Shown: positions 1 to 15,800 of the stretch, in pieces
How the letters are laid out: each line of letters opens with the position of its first letter
Position numbering within the stretch: the first letter of the stretch is position 1
Source: Antedon mediterranea
Lineage: Eukaryota > Animalia > Echinodermata
Length of the DNA: 64,000 nt
Assembly: GCF_964355755.1 (NCBI RefSeq)
Contig: NC_092678.1
Location: 11,096,352-11,160,351, forward strand
Direction of reading: 5' to 3'
Program-made: the position numbers and the translations under genes
The notes under the pieces: model-generated
Database searches by the model: none
The model's input: only the letters and a program-made list of their open reading frames with translations
What the model was told of the DNA's origin: nothing

Positions 1-3000
1 AATGGAATAAAATGATTAATTACTGGCCATTGTATTGAGTTGTACCATTGAATGGAACAAAATGATTAATTACTTACCATTGTATTGAGTTGTACTATTG
101 AATGGAACAAAATGATTAATTGCCGGCCATTGTATTGAGTTGTACCATTGAATGGAACAAAATGATTAATTACTGCCCATTGTATTGAGTTTTACCATTG
201 AATGGAACAAAATGATTAATTACTTACCATTGTATTGAGTTGTACCATTGAATGGAACAAAATGATTAATTACTGGCCATTGTATTGAGTTGTACTATTG
301 AATGGAACAAAATGATTAATTACTGGCCATTGTATTGAGTTGTACTATTGAATGGAACAAAATGATTAATTACTGGCCATTGTATTGAGTTGTACCATTG
401 AATGGAACAAATGATTATTTACTAACCATTGTATTTAGTTGTGCCATTGAATGGAACAAAATGATTAATTGCTGGCCATTGTATTGAGTTGTACCATTCA
501 ATGGAACAAAGTGATTAATTATTGGCCATTGTATTGAGTTGTACCATTGAATGGAACAAAATGATTAATTACTGGCCTTTGTATTGAGTTGTACCATTGA
601 ATGGAACAAAATGATTAATTACTGGCCATTGTATTGAATTGTACCATTGAATGGAACAAAGTGATTAATTATTGGCCCATGTATTGAGTTGTACCATTGA
701 ATGGAACGAAATGATTAATTAATGGCCATTGTATTGAGTTGTACTATTGAATGGAACAAAACGATTAATTACTAACCATTGTATTGAATTGTACCATTGA
801 ATGGAACAAAGTGATTAATTATTGGCCCATGTATTGAGTTGTACCATTGAATGGAACGAAATGATTAATTAATGGCCATTGTATTGAGTTGTACCATTGA
901 ATGGAACAAAATGATTAATTACTTACCATTGTATTGAGTTGTACTATTGAATGGAACAAAATGATTAATTGCCGGCCATTGTATTGAGTTGTACCATTGA
1001 ATGGAACAAAATGATTAATTACTGCCCATTGTATTGAGTTTTACCATTGAATGGAACAAAATGATTAATTACTTACCATTGTATTGAGTTGTACCATTGA
1101 ATGGAACAAAATGATTAATTACTGGCCATTGTATTGAGTTGTACTATTGAATGGAACAAAATGATTAATTACTGGCCATTGTATTGAGTTGTACCATTGA
1201 ATGGAACAAATGATTATTTACTAACCATTGTATTTAGTTGTGCCATTGAATGGAACAAAATGATTAATTGCTGGCCATTGTATTGAGTTGTACCATTCAA
1301 TGGAACAAAGTGATTAATTATTGGCCATTGTATTGAGTTGTACCATTGAATGGAACAAAATGATTAATTACTGGCCTTTGTATTGAGTTGTACCATTGAA
1401 TGGAACAAAATGATTAATTACTGGCCATTGTATTGAATTGTACCATTGAATGGAAAAAAGTGATTAATTATTGGCCCATGTATTGAGTTGTACCATTGAA
1501 TGGAACGAAATGATTAATTAATGGCCATTGTATTGAGTTGTACTATTGAATGGAACAAAACGATTAATTACTAACCATTGTATTGAGTTGTACTATTGAA
1601 TGGAACAAAATGATTAATTACTAATCATTGTATTGAGTTGTACCATTGAATGGAACAAAATGATTAATTACTGGCCATTGTATTGAGTTGTACCATTGAA
1701 TGGAACAAAATGATTAATTACTGGCCATTGTATTGAATTGTACCATTGAATGGAACAAAATGATTAATTACTGGCCATTGTATTGAGTTGTACCATTGAA
1801 TGGAACAAAATGATTAATTGCTGGCCATTGTATTGAGTTGTACCATTGAATGGAACAAAATGATTAATTGCTGGCCATTGTATTGAGTTGTACCATTGAA
1901 TGGAACAAAATGATTAATTACTGGCCATTGTATTGAGTTGTACCATTGAATGGAACAAAATGATTAATTACTGGCCATTGTATTGAGTTGTACCATTGAA
2001 TGTAACAAAATGATTAATTACTGGCCATTGTATTGAGTTGTACAATTTAATGGAACAAAATGGTTAATTACTGGCCATTGTATTGAGTTGTACCATTGAA
2101 TGGAACAAAATGATTAATTACTGGCCATTGTATTGAGTTTTACCATTGAATGGAACAAAATGATTAATTACTGGCCATTGTATTGAGTAGTACCATTGAA
2201 TGGAACAAAATGATTAATTACTGGCCATTGTATTGAGTTGTACCATTGAATGGAACAAAATGATTAATTATTAGCCATTGTATTGAGTTGTACCATTGAA
2301 TGGAACAAAATGATTAATTACTTGCCATTATATTGAGTTGTACCATTGAATGGAACAAAATGATTAATTGCTGGCCATTGTATTGAGTTGTACCATTTAA
2401 TGGAACAAAATGATTAATTGCTGGCCATTGTTTTGAGTTGTACCATTGAATGGAACAAAATGATTAATTACTGGCCATTGTATTGAGTTGTACCATTGAA
2501 TGGAACAAAATGATTAATTACTGGCCATTGTATTGAGTTGTACCATTGAATGGAACAAAATGATTAATTACTGGCCATTGTATTGAATTTTACCATTTAA
2601 TGGAACAAAATGGTTAATTACTGGCCATTGTATTGAGTTGTACCATTGAATGGAACAAAATGATTAATTACTGGCCATTGTATTGAGTTGTACCATTGAA
2701 TGGAACTAAATGATTAATTACTGGCCATTGTATTGAGTTGTACCATTGAATGGAACAAAATGATTAATTACTGGCCATTGTATTGAGTTGTACCATTGAA
2801 TGGAACAAAATGATTAATTACTGGCCATTATATTTAGTTGTACCATTGAATGGAACAAAATGATTAATTATTAGCCATTGTATTGAGTTGTATCATCGAA
2901 TGGAACAAAATGATTAATTGCTGGCCATTGTATTGAGTTGTACCATTCAATGGAACAAAATGATTAATTACAGGCCATTGTATTGAGTTGTACCATTGAA

Positions 3001-6000
3001 TGGAACAAATGATTAATTACTGGCCATTGTATTGAGATTTACCATTGAATGGAATAAAATGATTAATTACTGGCCATTGTATTGAGTTGTACCATTGAAT
3101 GGAACAAAATGATTAATTACTTACCATTGTATTGAGTTGTACTATTGAATGGAACAAAATGATTAATTGCCGGCCATTGTATTGAGTTGTACCATTGAAT
3201 GGAACAAAATGATTAATTACTGCCCATTGTATTGAGTTTTACCATTGAATGGAACAAAATGATTAATTACTTACCATTGTATTGAGTTGTACCATTGAAT
3301 GGAACAAAATGATTAATTACTGGCCATTGTATTGAGTTGTACTATTGAATGGAACAAAATGATTAATTACTGGCCATTGTATTGAGTTGTACTATTGAAT
3401 GGAACAAAATGATTAATTACTGGCCATTGTATTGAGTTGTACCATTGAATGGAACAAATGATTATTTACTAACCATTGTATTTAGTTGTGCCATTGAATG
3501 GAACAAAATGATTAATTGCTGGCCATTGTATTGAGTTGTACCATTCAATGGAACAAAGTGATTAATTATTGGCCATTGTATTGAGTTGTACCATTGAATG
3601 GAACAAAATGATTAATTACTGGCCTTTGTATTGAGTTGTACCATTGAATGGAACAAAATGATTAATTACTGGCCATTGTATTGAATTGTACCATTGAATG
3701 GAACAAAGTGATTAATTATTGGCCCATGTATTGAGTTGTACCATTGAATGGAACGAAATGATTAATTAATGGCCATTGTATTGAGTTGTACTATTGAATG
3801 GAACAAAACGATTAATTACTAACCATTGTATTGAATTGTACCATTGAATGGAACAAAGTGATTAATTATTGGCCCATGTATTGAGTTGTACCATTGAATG
3901 GAACGAAATGATTAATTAATGGCCATTGTATTGAGTTGTACCATTGAATGGAACAAAATGATTAATTACTTACCATTGTATTGAGTTGTACTATTGAATG
4001 GAACAAAATGATTAATTGCCGGCCATTGTATTGAGTTGTACCATTGAATGGAACAAAATGATTAATTACTGCCCATTGTATTGAGTTTTACCATTGAATG
4101 GAACAAAATGATTAATTACTTACCATTGTATTGAGTTGTACCATTGAATGGAACAAAATGATTAATTACTGGCAATTGTATTGAGTTGTACTATTGAATG
4201 GAACAAAATGATTAATTACTGGCCATTGTATTGAGTTGTACTATTGAATGGAACAAAATGATTAATTACTGGCCATTGTATTGAGTTGTACCATTGAATG
4301 GAACAAATGATTATTTACTAACCATTGTATTTAGTTGTGCCATTGAATGGAACAAAATGATTAATTGCTGGCCATTGTATTGAGTTGTACCATTCAATGG
4401 AACAAAGTGATTAATTATTGGCCATTGTATTGAGTTGTACCATTGAATGGAACAAAATGATTAATTACTGGCCTTTGTATTGAGTTGTACCATTGAATGG
4501 AACAAAATGATTAATTACTGGCCATTGTATTGAATTGTACCATTGAATGGAACAAAGTGATTAATTATTGGCCCATGTATTGAGTTGTACCATTGAATGG
4601 AACGAAATGATTAATTAATGGCCATTGTATTGAGTTGTACTATTGAATGGAACAAAACGATTAATTACTAACCATTGTATTGAGTTGTACTATTGAATGG
4701 AACAAAATGATTAATTACTAATCATTGTATTGAGTTGTACCATTGAATGGAACAAAATGATTAATTACTGGCCATTGTATTGAGTTGTACCATTGAATGG
4801 AACAAAATGATTAATTACTGGCCATTGTATTGAATTGTACCATTGAATGGAACAAAATGATTAATTACTGGCCATTGTATTGAGTTGTATCATTGAATGG
4901 AACAAAATGATTAATTACTGGCCATTGTATTGAGTTGTACCATTGAAGAGAACAAAATTATTAAAAACTGGCCATTGTATTGAGTTGTACCATTGAATGG
5001 AACAAAATGATTAATTATTAGCCATTGTATTGAGTTGTACCATTGAATGGAACAAAATGATTAATTACTTGCCATTATATTGAGTTGTACCATTGAATGG
5101 AAAAAATGATTAATTGCTGGCCATTGTATTGAGTTGTACCATTGAATGGAACAAAATGATTAATTGCTGGCCATTGTATTGAGTTGTACCATTGAATGGA
5201 ACAAAATGATTAATTACTGGCCATTGTATTGAGTTGTACCATTGAATGGAACAAAATGATTAATTACTGGCCATTGTATTGAGTTGTACCATTGAATGGA
5301 ACAAAATGATTAATTACTGGCCATTGTATTGAGTTGTACAATTTAATGGAACAAAATGGTTAATTACTGGCCATTGTATTGAGTTGTACCATTGAATGGA
5401 ACAAAATGATTAATTACTGGCCATTGTATTGAGTTTTACCATTGAATGGAACAAAATGATTATTACTGGCCATTGTATTGAGTTGTACCATTGAATGGAA
5501 CAAAATGATTAATTACTGGCCATTGTATTGAGTTGTACCATTGAATGGAACAAAATGATTAATTATTAGCCATTGTATTGAGTTGTACCATTGAATGGAA
5601 CAAAATGATTAATTACTTGCCATTATATTGAGTTGTACCATTGAATGGAACAAAATGATTAATTGCTGGCCATTGTATTGAGTTGTACCATTGAATGGAA
5701 CAAAATGATTAATTACTGGCAATTGTATTGAGTTGTACCATTGAATGGAACAAAATGATTAATTACTGGCCATTGTATTGAGTTGTACCATTGAATGGAA
5801 CAAAATGATTAATTACTGGCCATTGTATTGAGTTGTACCATTGAATGGAACAAAATGATTAATTACTGGCCATTGTATTGAATTGTACCATTGAATGGAA
5901 CAAAATGATTAATTACTGGCCATTGTATTGAGTTTTACCATTGAATGGAACAAAATGATTATTACTGGCCATTGTATTGAGTTGTACCATTGAATGGAAC

Positions 6001-8130
6001 AAAATGATTAATTACTGGCCATTGTATTGAGTTGTACCATTGAATGGAACAAAATGATTAATTATTAGCCATTGTATTGAGTTGTACCATTGAATGGAAC
6101 AAAATGATTAATTACTTGCCATTATATTGAGTTGTACCATTGAATGGAACAAAATGATTAATTGCTGGCCATTGTATTGAGTTGTACCATTGAATGGAAC
6201 AAAATGATTAATTACTGGCAATTGTATTGAGTTGTACCATTGAATGGAACAAAATGATTAATTACTGGCCATTGTATTGAGTTGTACCATTGAATGGAAC
6301 AAAATGATTAATTACTGGCCATTGTATTGAATTTTACCATTTAATGGAACAAAATGGTTAATTACTGGCCATTGTATTGAGTTGTACCATTGAATGGAAC
6401 AAAATGATTAATTACTGGCCATTGTATTGAGTTGTACCATTGAATGGAACTAAATGATTAATTACTGGCCATTGTATTGAGTTGTACCATTGAATGGAAC
6501 AAAATGATTAATTACTGGCCATTGTATTGAGTTGTACCATTGAATGGAACAAAATGATTAATTACTGGCCATTATATTTAGTTGTACCATTGAATGGAAC
6601 AAAATGATTAATTATTAGCCATTGTATTGAGTTGTATCATCGAATGGAACAAAATGATTAATTGCTGGCCATTGTATTGAGTTGTACCATTCAATGGAAC
6701 AAAATGATTAATTACAGGCCATTGTATTGAGTTGTACCATTGAATGGAACAAATGATTAATTACTGGCCATTGTATTGAGTTGTACCATTGAATGGAACA
6801 AAATGATTAATTACTGGCCATTGTATTGAGTTGTACCATTGAATGGAACAAAATGATTAATTACTTACCATTGTATTGAGTTGTACTATTGAATGGAACA
6901 AAATGATTAATTGCCGGCCATTGTATTGAGTTGTACCATTGAATGGAACAAAATGATTAATTACTGCCCATTGTATTGAGTTTTACCATTGAATGGAACA
7001 AAATGATTAATTACTTACCATTGTATTGAGTTGTACCATTGAATGGAACAAAATGATTAATTACTGGCCATTGTATTGAGTTGTACTATTGAATGGAACA
7101 AAATGATTAATTACTGGCCATTGTATTGAGTTGTACTATTGAATGGAACAAAATGATTAATTACTGGCCATTGTATTGAGTTGTACCATTGAATGGAACA
7201 AATGATTATTTACTAACCATTGTATTTAGTTGTGCCATTGAATGGAACAAAATGATTAATTGCTGGCCATTGTATTGAGTTGTACCATTCAATGGAACAA
7301 AATGATTAATCATTGGCCATTGTATTGAGTTTTACCATTGAATGGAACAAAATGATTAATTACTGGCCATTGTATTGAGTTGTACTATTGAATGGAACAA
7401 AATGATTAATTGCTGGCCATTGTATTGAATTGTACCATTAAATGGAACAAAATGATTAATTACTGGCCATTGTATTGAGTTGTACCATTGCATGGAACAA
7501 AATGATTAATTACTGGCCATTGTATTGAGTTGTACCATTGAATGGAACAAAATGATTAATTATTAGCCATTGTATTGAGTTGTACCATTGAATGGAACAA
7601 AATGATTAATTACTGGCCATTGTATTGAGTTGTACCATTGAATGGAACAAAATGATTAATTACTGGCCATTGTATTGAGTTGTACCATTCAATGGAACAA
7701 AATGATTAATTACTGGCCATTGTATTGAGTTGTACCATTGAATGGAACAAATGATTAATTACTGGCCATTGTATTGAGTTGTACCATTGAATGGAACAAA
7801 ATGATTAATTACTGGCCATTGTATTGAGTTGTACCATTGAATGGAACAAAATGATTAATTACTTACCATTGTATTGAGTTGTACTATTGAATGGAACAAA
7901 ATGATTAATTGCCGGCCATTGTATTGAGTTGTACCATTGAATGGAACAAAATGATTAATTACTGGCCATTGTATTGAGTTGTACCATTGAATGGAACAAA
8001 ATGATTAATTACTTACCATTGTATTGAGTTGTACCATTGAATGGAACAAAATGATTAATTATTGGCCATTGTATTGAGTTGTACCATTGAATGGAACAAA
8101 ATGATTAATTACTGGCCATTGTATTGAGTT
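1..8130. repeat. 50-bp satellite array, left block
   Basis: Tandem monomer AATGGAACAAAATGATTAATTACTGGCCATTGTATTGAGTTGTACCATTG with point variants and occasional 49-mers; runs off the window start. Confidence 0.99.
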
Positions 8131-8189
8131 CCCAGTCAAGACATGATATAAACCACATATCACTATGATATCAGAAACATCTCACACGA

Positions 8190-9660
8190 CTGATATCGTA
8201 CATGTGATACAATTAAGATATCAGTCTGATATCAAAAACTTTTCACACTAATGATATCATACCCATGATACAACTCAGATATCAGTCTGATATCAAAAAA
8301 TTCTCACAGTAATGATATCAAACAATATGATATAATTGAGATATCATTCTGATATCACAAACTTATCACACTTTGATGTCATACAATATGGTAAAACTAA
8401 GATATCAGTCTGATATAAGAAACTTATCACACTTTGATATCATACAATATGATATAACTAAGATATCAGTCTGATATCGGCAACTTCTCACACAATGATA
8501 TCATACAATATGATATAACTAAGATATCAGTCTGATATCGGCAACTTCTTACACAATGATATCATACAATATGATATAACTAAGATATCAGTCTGATACC
8601 GGCAACTTCTCACACAAATGATATCACACATTATGATATAACTCAGATATCAGTCTGATATCGGCAACTTCTCACACAATTATATCATACAATATGATAT
8701 AACTAAGATATCAGTCCGATATCGGCAACTTCTTAGACAAATGATATCATACTTATGATATAACTCAGATATCAGTCCGATATCGGCAACTTCTCACACA
8801 AATGATATCATACATTATGATATAACTCAGATATCAGTCTGATATCGGCAACTTCTCACACAATTATATCATACAATATGATATAACTAAGATATCAGTC
8901 TGATATCGGCAACTTCTTAGACAAATGATATCATACTTATGATATAACTCAGATATCAGTCTGATATCGGCAACTTCTTACACAGATGATATCATACTTA
9001 TGATATAAGTTAGATATCAGTCTGATATCGGCAACTTCTTACACAAATGATATCATACTTATGATATAACTAAGATATCAGTCCGATATCGGCAACTTCT
9101 TAGACAAATGATATCATACTTATGATATAACTCAGATATCTTTCCGATATCGGCAACTTCTCACACAAATGATATCATACATTATGATATAACTCAGATA
9201 TCAGTCTGATATCGGCAACTTCTCACACAATTATATCATACAATATGATATAACTAAGATATCAGTCTGATATCGGCAACTTCTTAGACAAATGATATCA
9301 TACTTATGATATAACTCAGATATCAGTCTGATATCAGCAACTTCTTACACACTGATGATATCATACAATATGATATAACTCAGATATCAGTCTGATATCA
9401 GCAACTTCTTACACAATGATATCATACAATATGATATAACTAAGATATCAGTCTGATATCAGCAACTTCTTACACACTGATGATATCATACAATATGATA
9501 TAACTAAGATATCAGTCTGATATCGGCAACTTCTTACACAATGATATCATAATATGATAGAACTGGGATATCAGTTTGATATCGGCAACCTCTCACACAA
9601 TGATATCATATACATATAATTTAGATAGGCCTATCAGTCTATCAGAAACTTCTCATACTA
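8190..9660. repeat. ~60-bp subterminal tandem repeat
   Basis: Units like GATATAACTAAGATATCAGTCTGATATCGGCAACTTCTCACACAATGATATCATACAATAT, with the internal dyad GATATCAG-T-CTGATATC. Confidence 0.95.
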
Positions 9661-9805
9661 ATGATAATACAATGATATAATTCTGATATGAAACTTTTAA
9701 TTGTATGATATCATTCGATAATCTCAGACTTACATCAGTCTCATACCTTGGGATAATATTTTATTTCATACCTCGCCATGCTCATTAAACTCTAACAAAA
9801 TATAT

Positions 9806-10040
9806 CCCAGTGGGCACAGAACATAATTTCAACGTTTGAATCAACGTTAAAATTTCGTTGATGTGTTGAAATGATGTTAACAGCGTATTCTAAACGTTGA
9901 TTCAACGTTGAAATAACATTGTCTTTCTAACTACTAACCTTTTACGTTTATTTATCAATGCTAATTTAACGTTGAAAAAATGTTCAAATTTAGTTGATAT
10001 TTTTGTCAAAAAAGGTTGAAGTTATGTAGTGTTTTTAACC
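9806..10040 (+). mobile_element. Orphan terminus of a second CCCAG-type element
   Basis: CCCAGTGGGCACAG followed by clustered AACGTT / TCAACGTTGA palindromes; no matching right end found. Confidence 0.45.
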
Positions 10041-11645
10041 AACTATTATGTTTGTTTGTTTATCAGTGTCATTTTAACGTTAATTTAACGTTGAAATTCA
10101 TTTGACAATTTTGGTTAAAATGACACCATGGTTTTATATATTATACAGTATTTGTTTTTAATACAAATGTTCTACATATAGTAGGCCTAATGTATAAAAA
10201 CTATAGCCTATACCAGTTGTATTGAATCAAAATGACCTTTCACGCAAGATCAAATTTCATAAGATACAAGCTTGTCATTGGTTGGTTTCATTTTGATACA
10301 CTTTTTAAACTGTTGTCAGTTGCTTGGTGTTGATGGTGGTGGTGTTGAGACAAAGACTCATCTTTTTGATAATTGTAAATACAGGTAAGAAAACAATCTT
10401 GTTTTTATTTAGTAATCTACTAATTTATAAGCTTAGTTCTTACAGTTTAACTAGTTTACAATAATAACTATAGCCTTAGTTCACTTGACTTGTGTTGTGA
10501 TAATAAGAAACTAACTAGAGCCTGGCAGGGTGCTGAACTCAACTGTATTATAATTACTGGATACTATGCCAAGGATAACTCCAGTACTTTTTATGAAGGT
10601 TATAAAATGGTATGTTGTAGGCCTGGCTAGGCTGTCTGCAGCTCCTATAAACACATGCTAGGTATCACAGCTATACAATACATTCACTCACTTTCTTTTT
10701 TTTCAGATGTAGGCCTATAGCCTAGTAAGTAGCTAAGTAGGCCATAACAAGCCATATACTTAGCTAGAAAAGACAGCAATGGAATAATAACTGTTTTAAT
10801 ACAGTTAACTGTAATATCTTCTGATATACGTTGACGGTTGTTTTACATTAAAAGGAGTAATACACTGATACTGTTGAATGTATATGAGCTTTATTGAATT
10901 GAACTAATTTTGCTTGTCCGAAGACTGGAGAGAATATGATAATCTATTAACTGTTCACTGAGTTGGTATATTGTGGAATTTATAATTGTTCTAATGGGAT
11001 TTCTAACGGGAGTTACTACAGTATAAACAAGTGTTGCTGTCCAGTGGTCCGATTTGCCCTAGCTTTCACTGAGGTGAAGGTGATGTGACATGATGTGCAT
11101 CTAAACATATACAGATGACCATTGAGATAATATCTAATATGGGATGATCAATGATTTCAGAAATAAAAGGTTGGTATAGTGCTTAACTCATTGACTTGAT
11201 AATATGTTGTGCAATAATTATTACACTGTTAATAATATTTATATTCATTTATAATTTGAGACTTTATATAGTGATTGTGTATGCATTATTTATCTAAGTA
11301 CAGTACTACATATTGAACTATTTATAGACCATACATAACCTTTAAAAGTAAGTACTGTAGCCCAATGCTTATTATAAATACGAGATTAAATTATCTATTT
11401 TCAACATATAATGTGGTTGGGTGCACACGGAACAACAAATTTAACTGATGAATTATTCATGTATATTTTGTGACGTTTCATGAGGGGTCCCCAACTTATG
11501 TACGAAAAAAAAAATCGCGGCCCGGATCTCGGCGAATTAGATTTGCTTTTGAAAGGGGGGTGGCACATATTTCTCAAATTGGGTAGTGCAATAACTGATT
11601 TTTTAATAAAATGAAATATAATATATTATTTATTTTGCTGTTGCA

Positions 11646-11837
11646 GCTACAGTGAAACACTTCCACAAGGATGACAACATAAAAGTGAAGAGGGGAAAGG
11701 AGTACATCAATACAACAGTAAAAATGGAAGCCGGAAAACAGATGGAGGTTTTTCTTTCAAATGCTGCGAGCAGAATTAAAAGAAAAGCAGCCCCACCAAC
11801 TCCAAGACACACATGGAACTACTATTTTTTTAAATAA
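11646..11837 (+). pseudogene. Possible terminal exon remnant of a transposon accessory gene
   Basis: Acceptor-like TTGTTGCAG, then an open frame ending ...KQMEVFLSNAASRIKRK..., and AATAAA near 11960. Loosely resembles the C-termini of DUF4806-type CMC accessory proteins (unverified). Confidence 0.25.
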
Positions 11838-12316
11838 CATCATTATAACTCCGCTTTAACCACGTGCCATAGGACTTTTTTCAGCTTCCTTTTTAATTTT
11901 AATAGACACTTTGCTTACTATTTTTTGTTTTAATCAAGATTTTAAAATAGCTTGTAATAATAAAATGTTACTTTCCTATTATTACATTACTTGTATTGGT
12001 TTATTTATGACTCTCGCGGTATGGGGAGGATCATGTTATTGAGAGTGTAAAATCTAGTCCGCAAGAATAGGCACTAAATCAAGGATATTTCTATGGTATA
12101 TTTATTATTGTTAAGCTCACAGCGATCTCACCATAATCTCCTATGATTATTTATTATAATTATCTCATGGCGACCTCATCAGGATCTCATTGTGATCTTA
12201 CCATGATCTCATTAGTATCTCATGGCGATCTCACTATGATCTCATTATTATCTCATGGCGATCTCACCATGATCTCCTCATTATCTTCATGGTGAGATCT
12301 CACCATGATCTAATTT

Positions 12317-12800
12317 TATGATATCAATTGCTGATATCACTTTGGTATCTATTTGTGATTTCAATATGATATCATAATTGATCTCTTGAATATCTCATAG
12401 GCTGACATCAATGTTGAGATTGCCATGAGATCATTCTATGATATCAATTGCTGATATCACTCTGGTATCTATTTGTGATTTCAATATGATATCATAAGTG
12501 ATCTCTCAAATATCTCAGAGGCTGACATCAATGTTGAGATCAACATGAGATCATTCTATGATATCAATTGCTGATATCACTCTGGTATCTATTTGTGACT
12601 TCAATATGATATCATAAGTGATCTCTCAAATATCTCAGAGGCTGACATCAATGTTGAGATCGCCATGAGATCATTCTATGATATCAATTGCTGATATCAC
12701 TCTGGTATCTATTTGTGATTTCAATATGATATCATAAGTGATCTCTCAAATATCTCAGAGGCTGACATCAATGTTGAGATCAACATGAGATCACTATGAG
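12317..12800. repeat. 120-bp subterminal tandem repeat, 4 copies
   Basis: TATGATATCAATTGCTGATATCAC recurs at 12317, 12437, 12557 and 12677; shorter ATCTCA-rich repeats precede it from about 12160. Confidence 0.95.
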
Positions 12801-12818
12801 ATCAAATTCTTACCTGGG

Positions 12819-15800
12819 TTGTACCATTGAATGGAACAAAATGATTAATTGCTGGCCATTGTATTGAGTTGTACCATTCAATGGAACAAAATGATTAATT
12901 ACTGGCCATTGTATTGAGTTGTACCATTGAATGGAACAAAATGATTAATTACTGGCCATTGTATTGAGTTGTACCATTGAATGGAACAAAATGATTAATT
13001 ACTGGCCATTGTATTGAGTTGTACAATTGAATTGAACAAAATGATTAATTACTAACCATTGTATTGAATTGTACCATTGAATGGAACAAAATGATTAATT
13101 ACTGGCCATTGTATTGAGTTGTACCATTTAATGGAACAAAATGGTTAATTACTGGCCATTGTATTGAGTTGTACCATTGAATGGAACAAAATGATTAATT
13201 ACTGGCCATTGTATTGAGTTTTACCATTGAATGGAACAAAATGATTAATTACTGGCCATTGTATTGAGTTGTACCATTGAATGGAACAAAATGATTAATT
13301 ACTGGCCATTGTATTGAGTTGTACCATTGAATGGAACAAAATGATTAATTATTAGCCATTGTATTGAGTTGTACCATTGAATGGAACAAAATGATTAATT
13401 ACTTGCCATTATATTGAGTTGTACCATTGAATGGAATAAAATGATTAATTGCTGGCCATTGTATTGAGTTGTACCATTGAATGGAACAAAATGATTAATT
13501 ACTGGCCATTGTATTGAGTTGTACCATTGAATAGAACAAAATGATTAATTACTGGCCATTGTATTGAGTTGTACCATTGAATGGAACAAAATGATTAATT
13601 ACTGGCCATTGTATTGAGTTGTACCATTTAATGGAACAAAATGGTTAATTACTGGCCATTGTATTGAGTTGTACCATTGAATGGAACAAAATGATTAATT
13701 GTTGGCCATTGTATTGAGTTGTACCATTGAATGGAACAAAATGATTAATTACTGGCCATTGTATTGAGTTGTACCATTGAATGGAACAAAATGATTAATT
13801 ACTGGCCATTGTATTGAGTTGTACCATTGAATGGAACAAAATGATTAATTACTGGCCATTATATTTAGTTGTACCATTGAATGGAACAAAATGATTAATT
13901 ATTAGCCATTGTATTGAGTTGTATCATCGAATGGAACAAAATGATTAGTTACTGGCCATTGTATTGAGTTGTACCATTGAATTGAACAAAATGATTAATT
14001 GCTGGCCATTGTATTGAGTTGTACCATTCAATGGAACAAAATGATTAATTAATGGCCATTGTATTGAGTTGTACCATTAAATGGAACAAATGATTATTTA
14101 CTAACCATTGTATTTAGTTGTGCCATTGAATGGAACAAAATGATTAATTACTGGCCATTGTATTGAGTTGTACTATTGAATGGAACAAAATGATTAATTG
14201 CTGGCCATTGTATTGAGTTGTACCATTAAATGGAACAAAATGATTAATTACTGGCCATTGTATTGAGTTGTACCATTGAATGGAACAAAATGATTAATTA
14301 TTAGCCATTGTATTGAGTTGTACCATTGAATGGAACAAAATGATTAATTACTTGCCATTATATTGAGTTGTACCATTGAATGGAAAAAATGATTAATTGC
14401 TGGCCATTGTATTGAGTTGTACCATTGAATGGAACAAAATGATTAATTGCTGGCCATTGTATTGAGTTGTACCATTGAATGGAACAAAATGATTAATTAC
14501 TGGCCATTGTATTGAGTTGTACCATTGAATGGAACAAAATGATTAATTACTGGCCATTGTATTGAGTTGTACCATTGAATGGAACAAAATGATTAATTAC
14601 TGGCCATTGTATTGAGTTGTACCATTTAATGGAACAAAATGGTTAATTACTGGCCATTGTATTGAGTTGTACCATTGAATGGAACAAAATGATTAATTAC
14701 TGGCCATTGTATTGAGTTTTACCATTGAATGGAACAAAATGATTAATTACTGGCCATTGTATTGAGTTGTACCATTGAATGGAACAAAATGATTAATTAC
14801 TGGCCATTGTATTGAGTTGTACCATTGAATGGAACAAAATGATTAATTGCTGGCCATTATATTGAGTTGTACCATTGAATGGAACAAAATGATTAATTGC
14901 TGGCCATTGTATTGAGTTGTACCATTGAATGGAACAAAATGATTAATTACTGGCCTTTGTATTGAGTTGTACCATTGAATGGAACAAAATGATTAATTAC
15001 TGGCCATTGTATTGAATTGTACCATTGAATGGAACAAAGTGATTAATTATTGGCCATTGTATTGAGTTGTACCATTGAATGGAACAAAATGATTAATTAC
15101 TGGCCTTTGTATTGAGTTGTACCATTGAATGGAACAAAATGATTAATTACTGGCCATTGTATTGAATTGTACCATTGAATGGAACAAAGTGATTAATTAT
15201 TGGCCCATGTATTGAGTTGTACCATTGAATGGAACGAAATGATTAATTAATGGCCATTGTATTGAGTTGTACTATTGAATGGAACAAAACGATTAATTAC
15301 TAACCATTGTATTGAGTTGTACTATTGAATGGAACAAAATGATTAATTACTAATCATTGTATTGAGTTGTACCATTGAATGGAACAAAATGATTAATTAC
15401 TGGCCATTGTATTGAGTTGTACCATTGAATGGAACAAAATGATTAATTACTGGCCATTGTATTGAATTGTACCATTGAATGGAACAAAATGATTAATTAC
15501 TGGCCATTGTATTGAGTTGTATCATTGAATGGAACAAAATGATTAATTACTGGCCATTGTATTGAGTTGTACCATTGAAGAGAACAAAATTATTAAAAAC
15601 TGGCCATTGTATTGAGTTGTACCATTGAATGGAACAAAATGATTAATTATTAGCCATTGTATTGAGTTGTACCATTGAATGGAACAAAATGATTAATTAC
15701 TTGCCATTATATTGAGTTGTACCATTGAATGGAAAAAATGATTAATTGCTGGCCATTGTATTGAGTTGTACCATTGAATGGAACAAAATGATTAATTGCT

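Larger units (their letters stand above)
8131..12818. mobile_element. Non-autonomous DNA transposon, CMC/EnSpm(CACTA)-like
   Basis: Ends CCCAG(tcaaga)...(tcttac)CTGGG. 2-bp TSD TT (8129-8130 and 12819-12820); the satellite resumes in register. Subterminal GATATC-rich tandem repeats on both sides. No transposase ORF. Confidence 0.8.
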
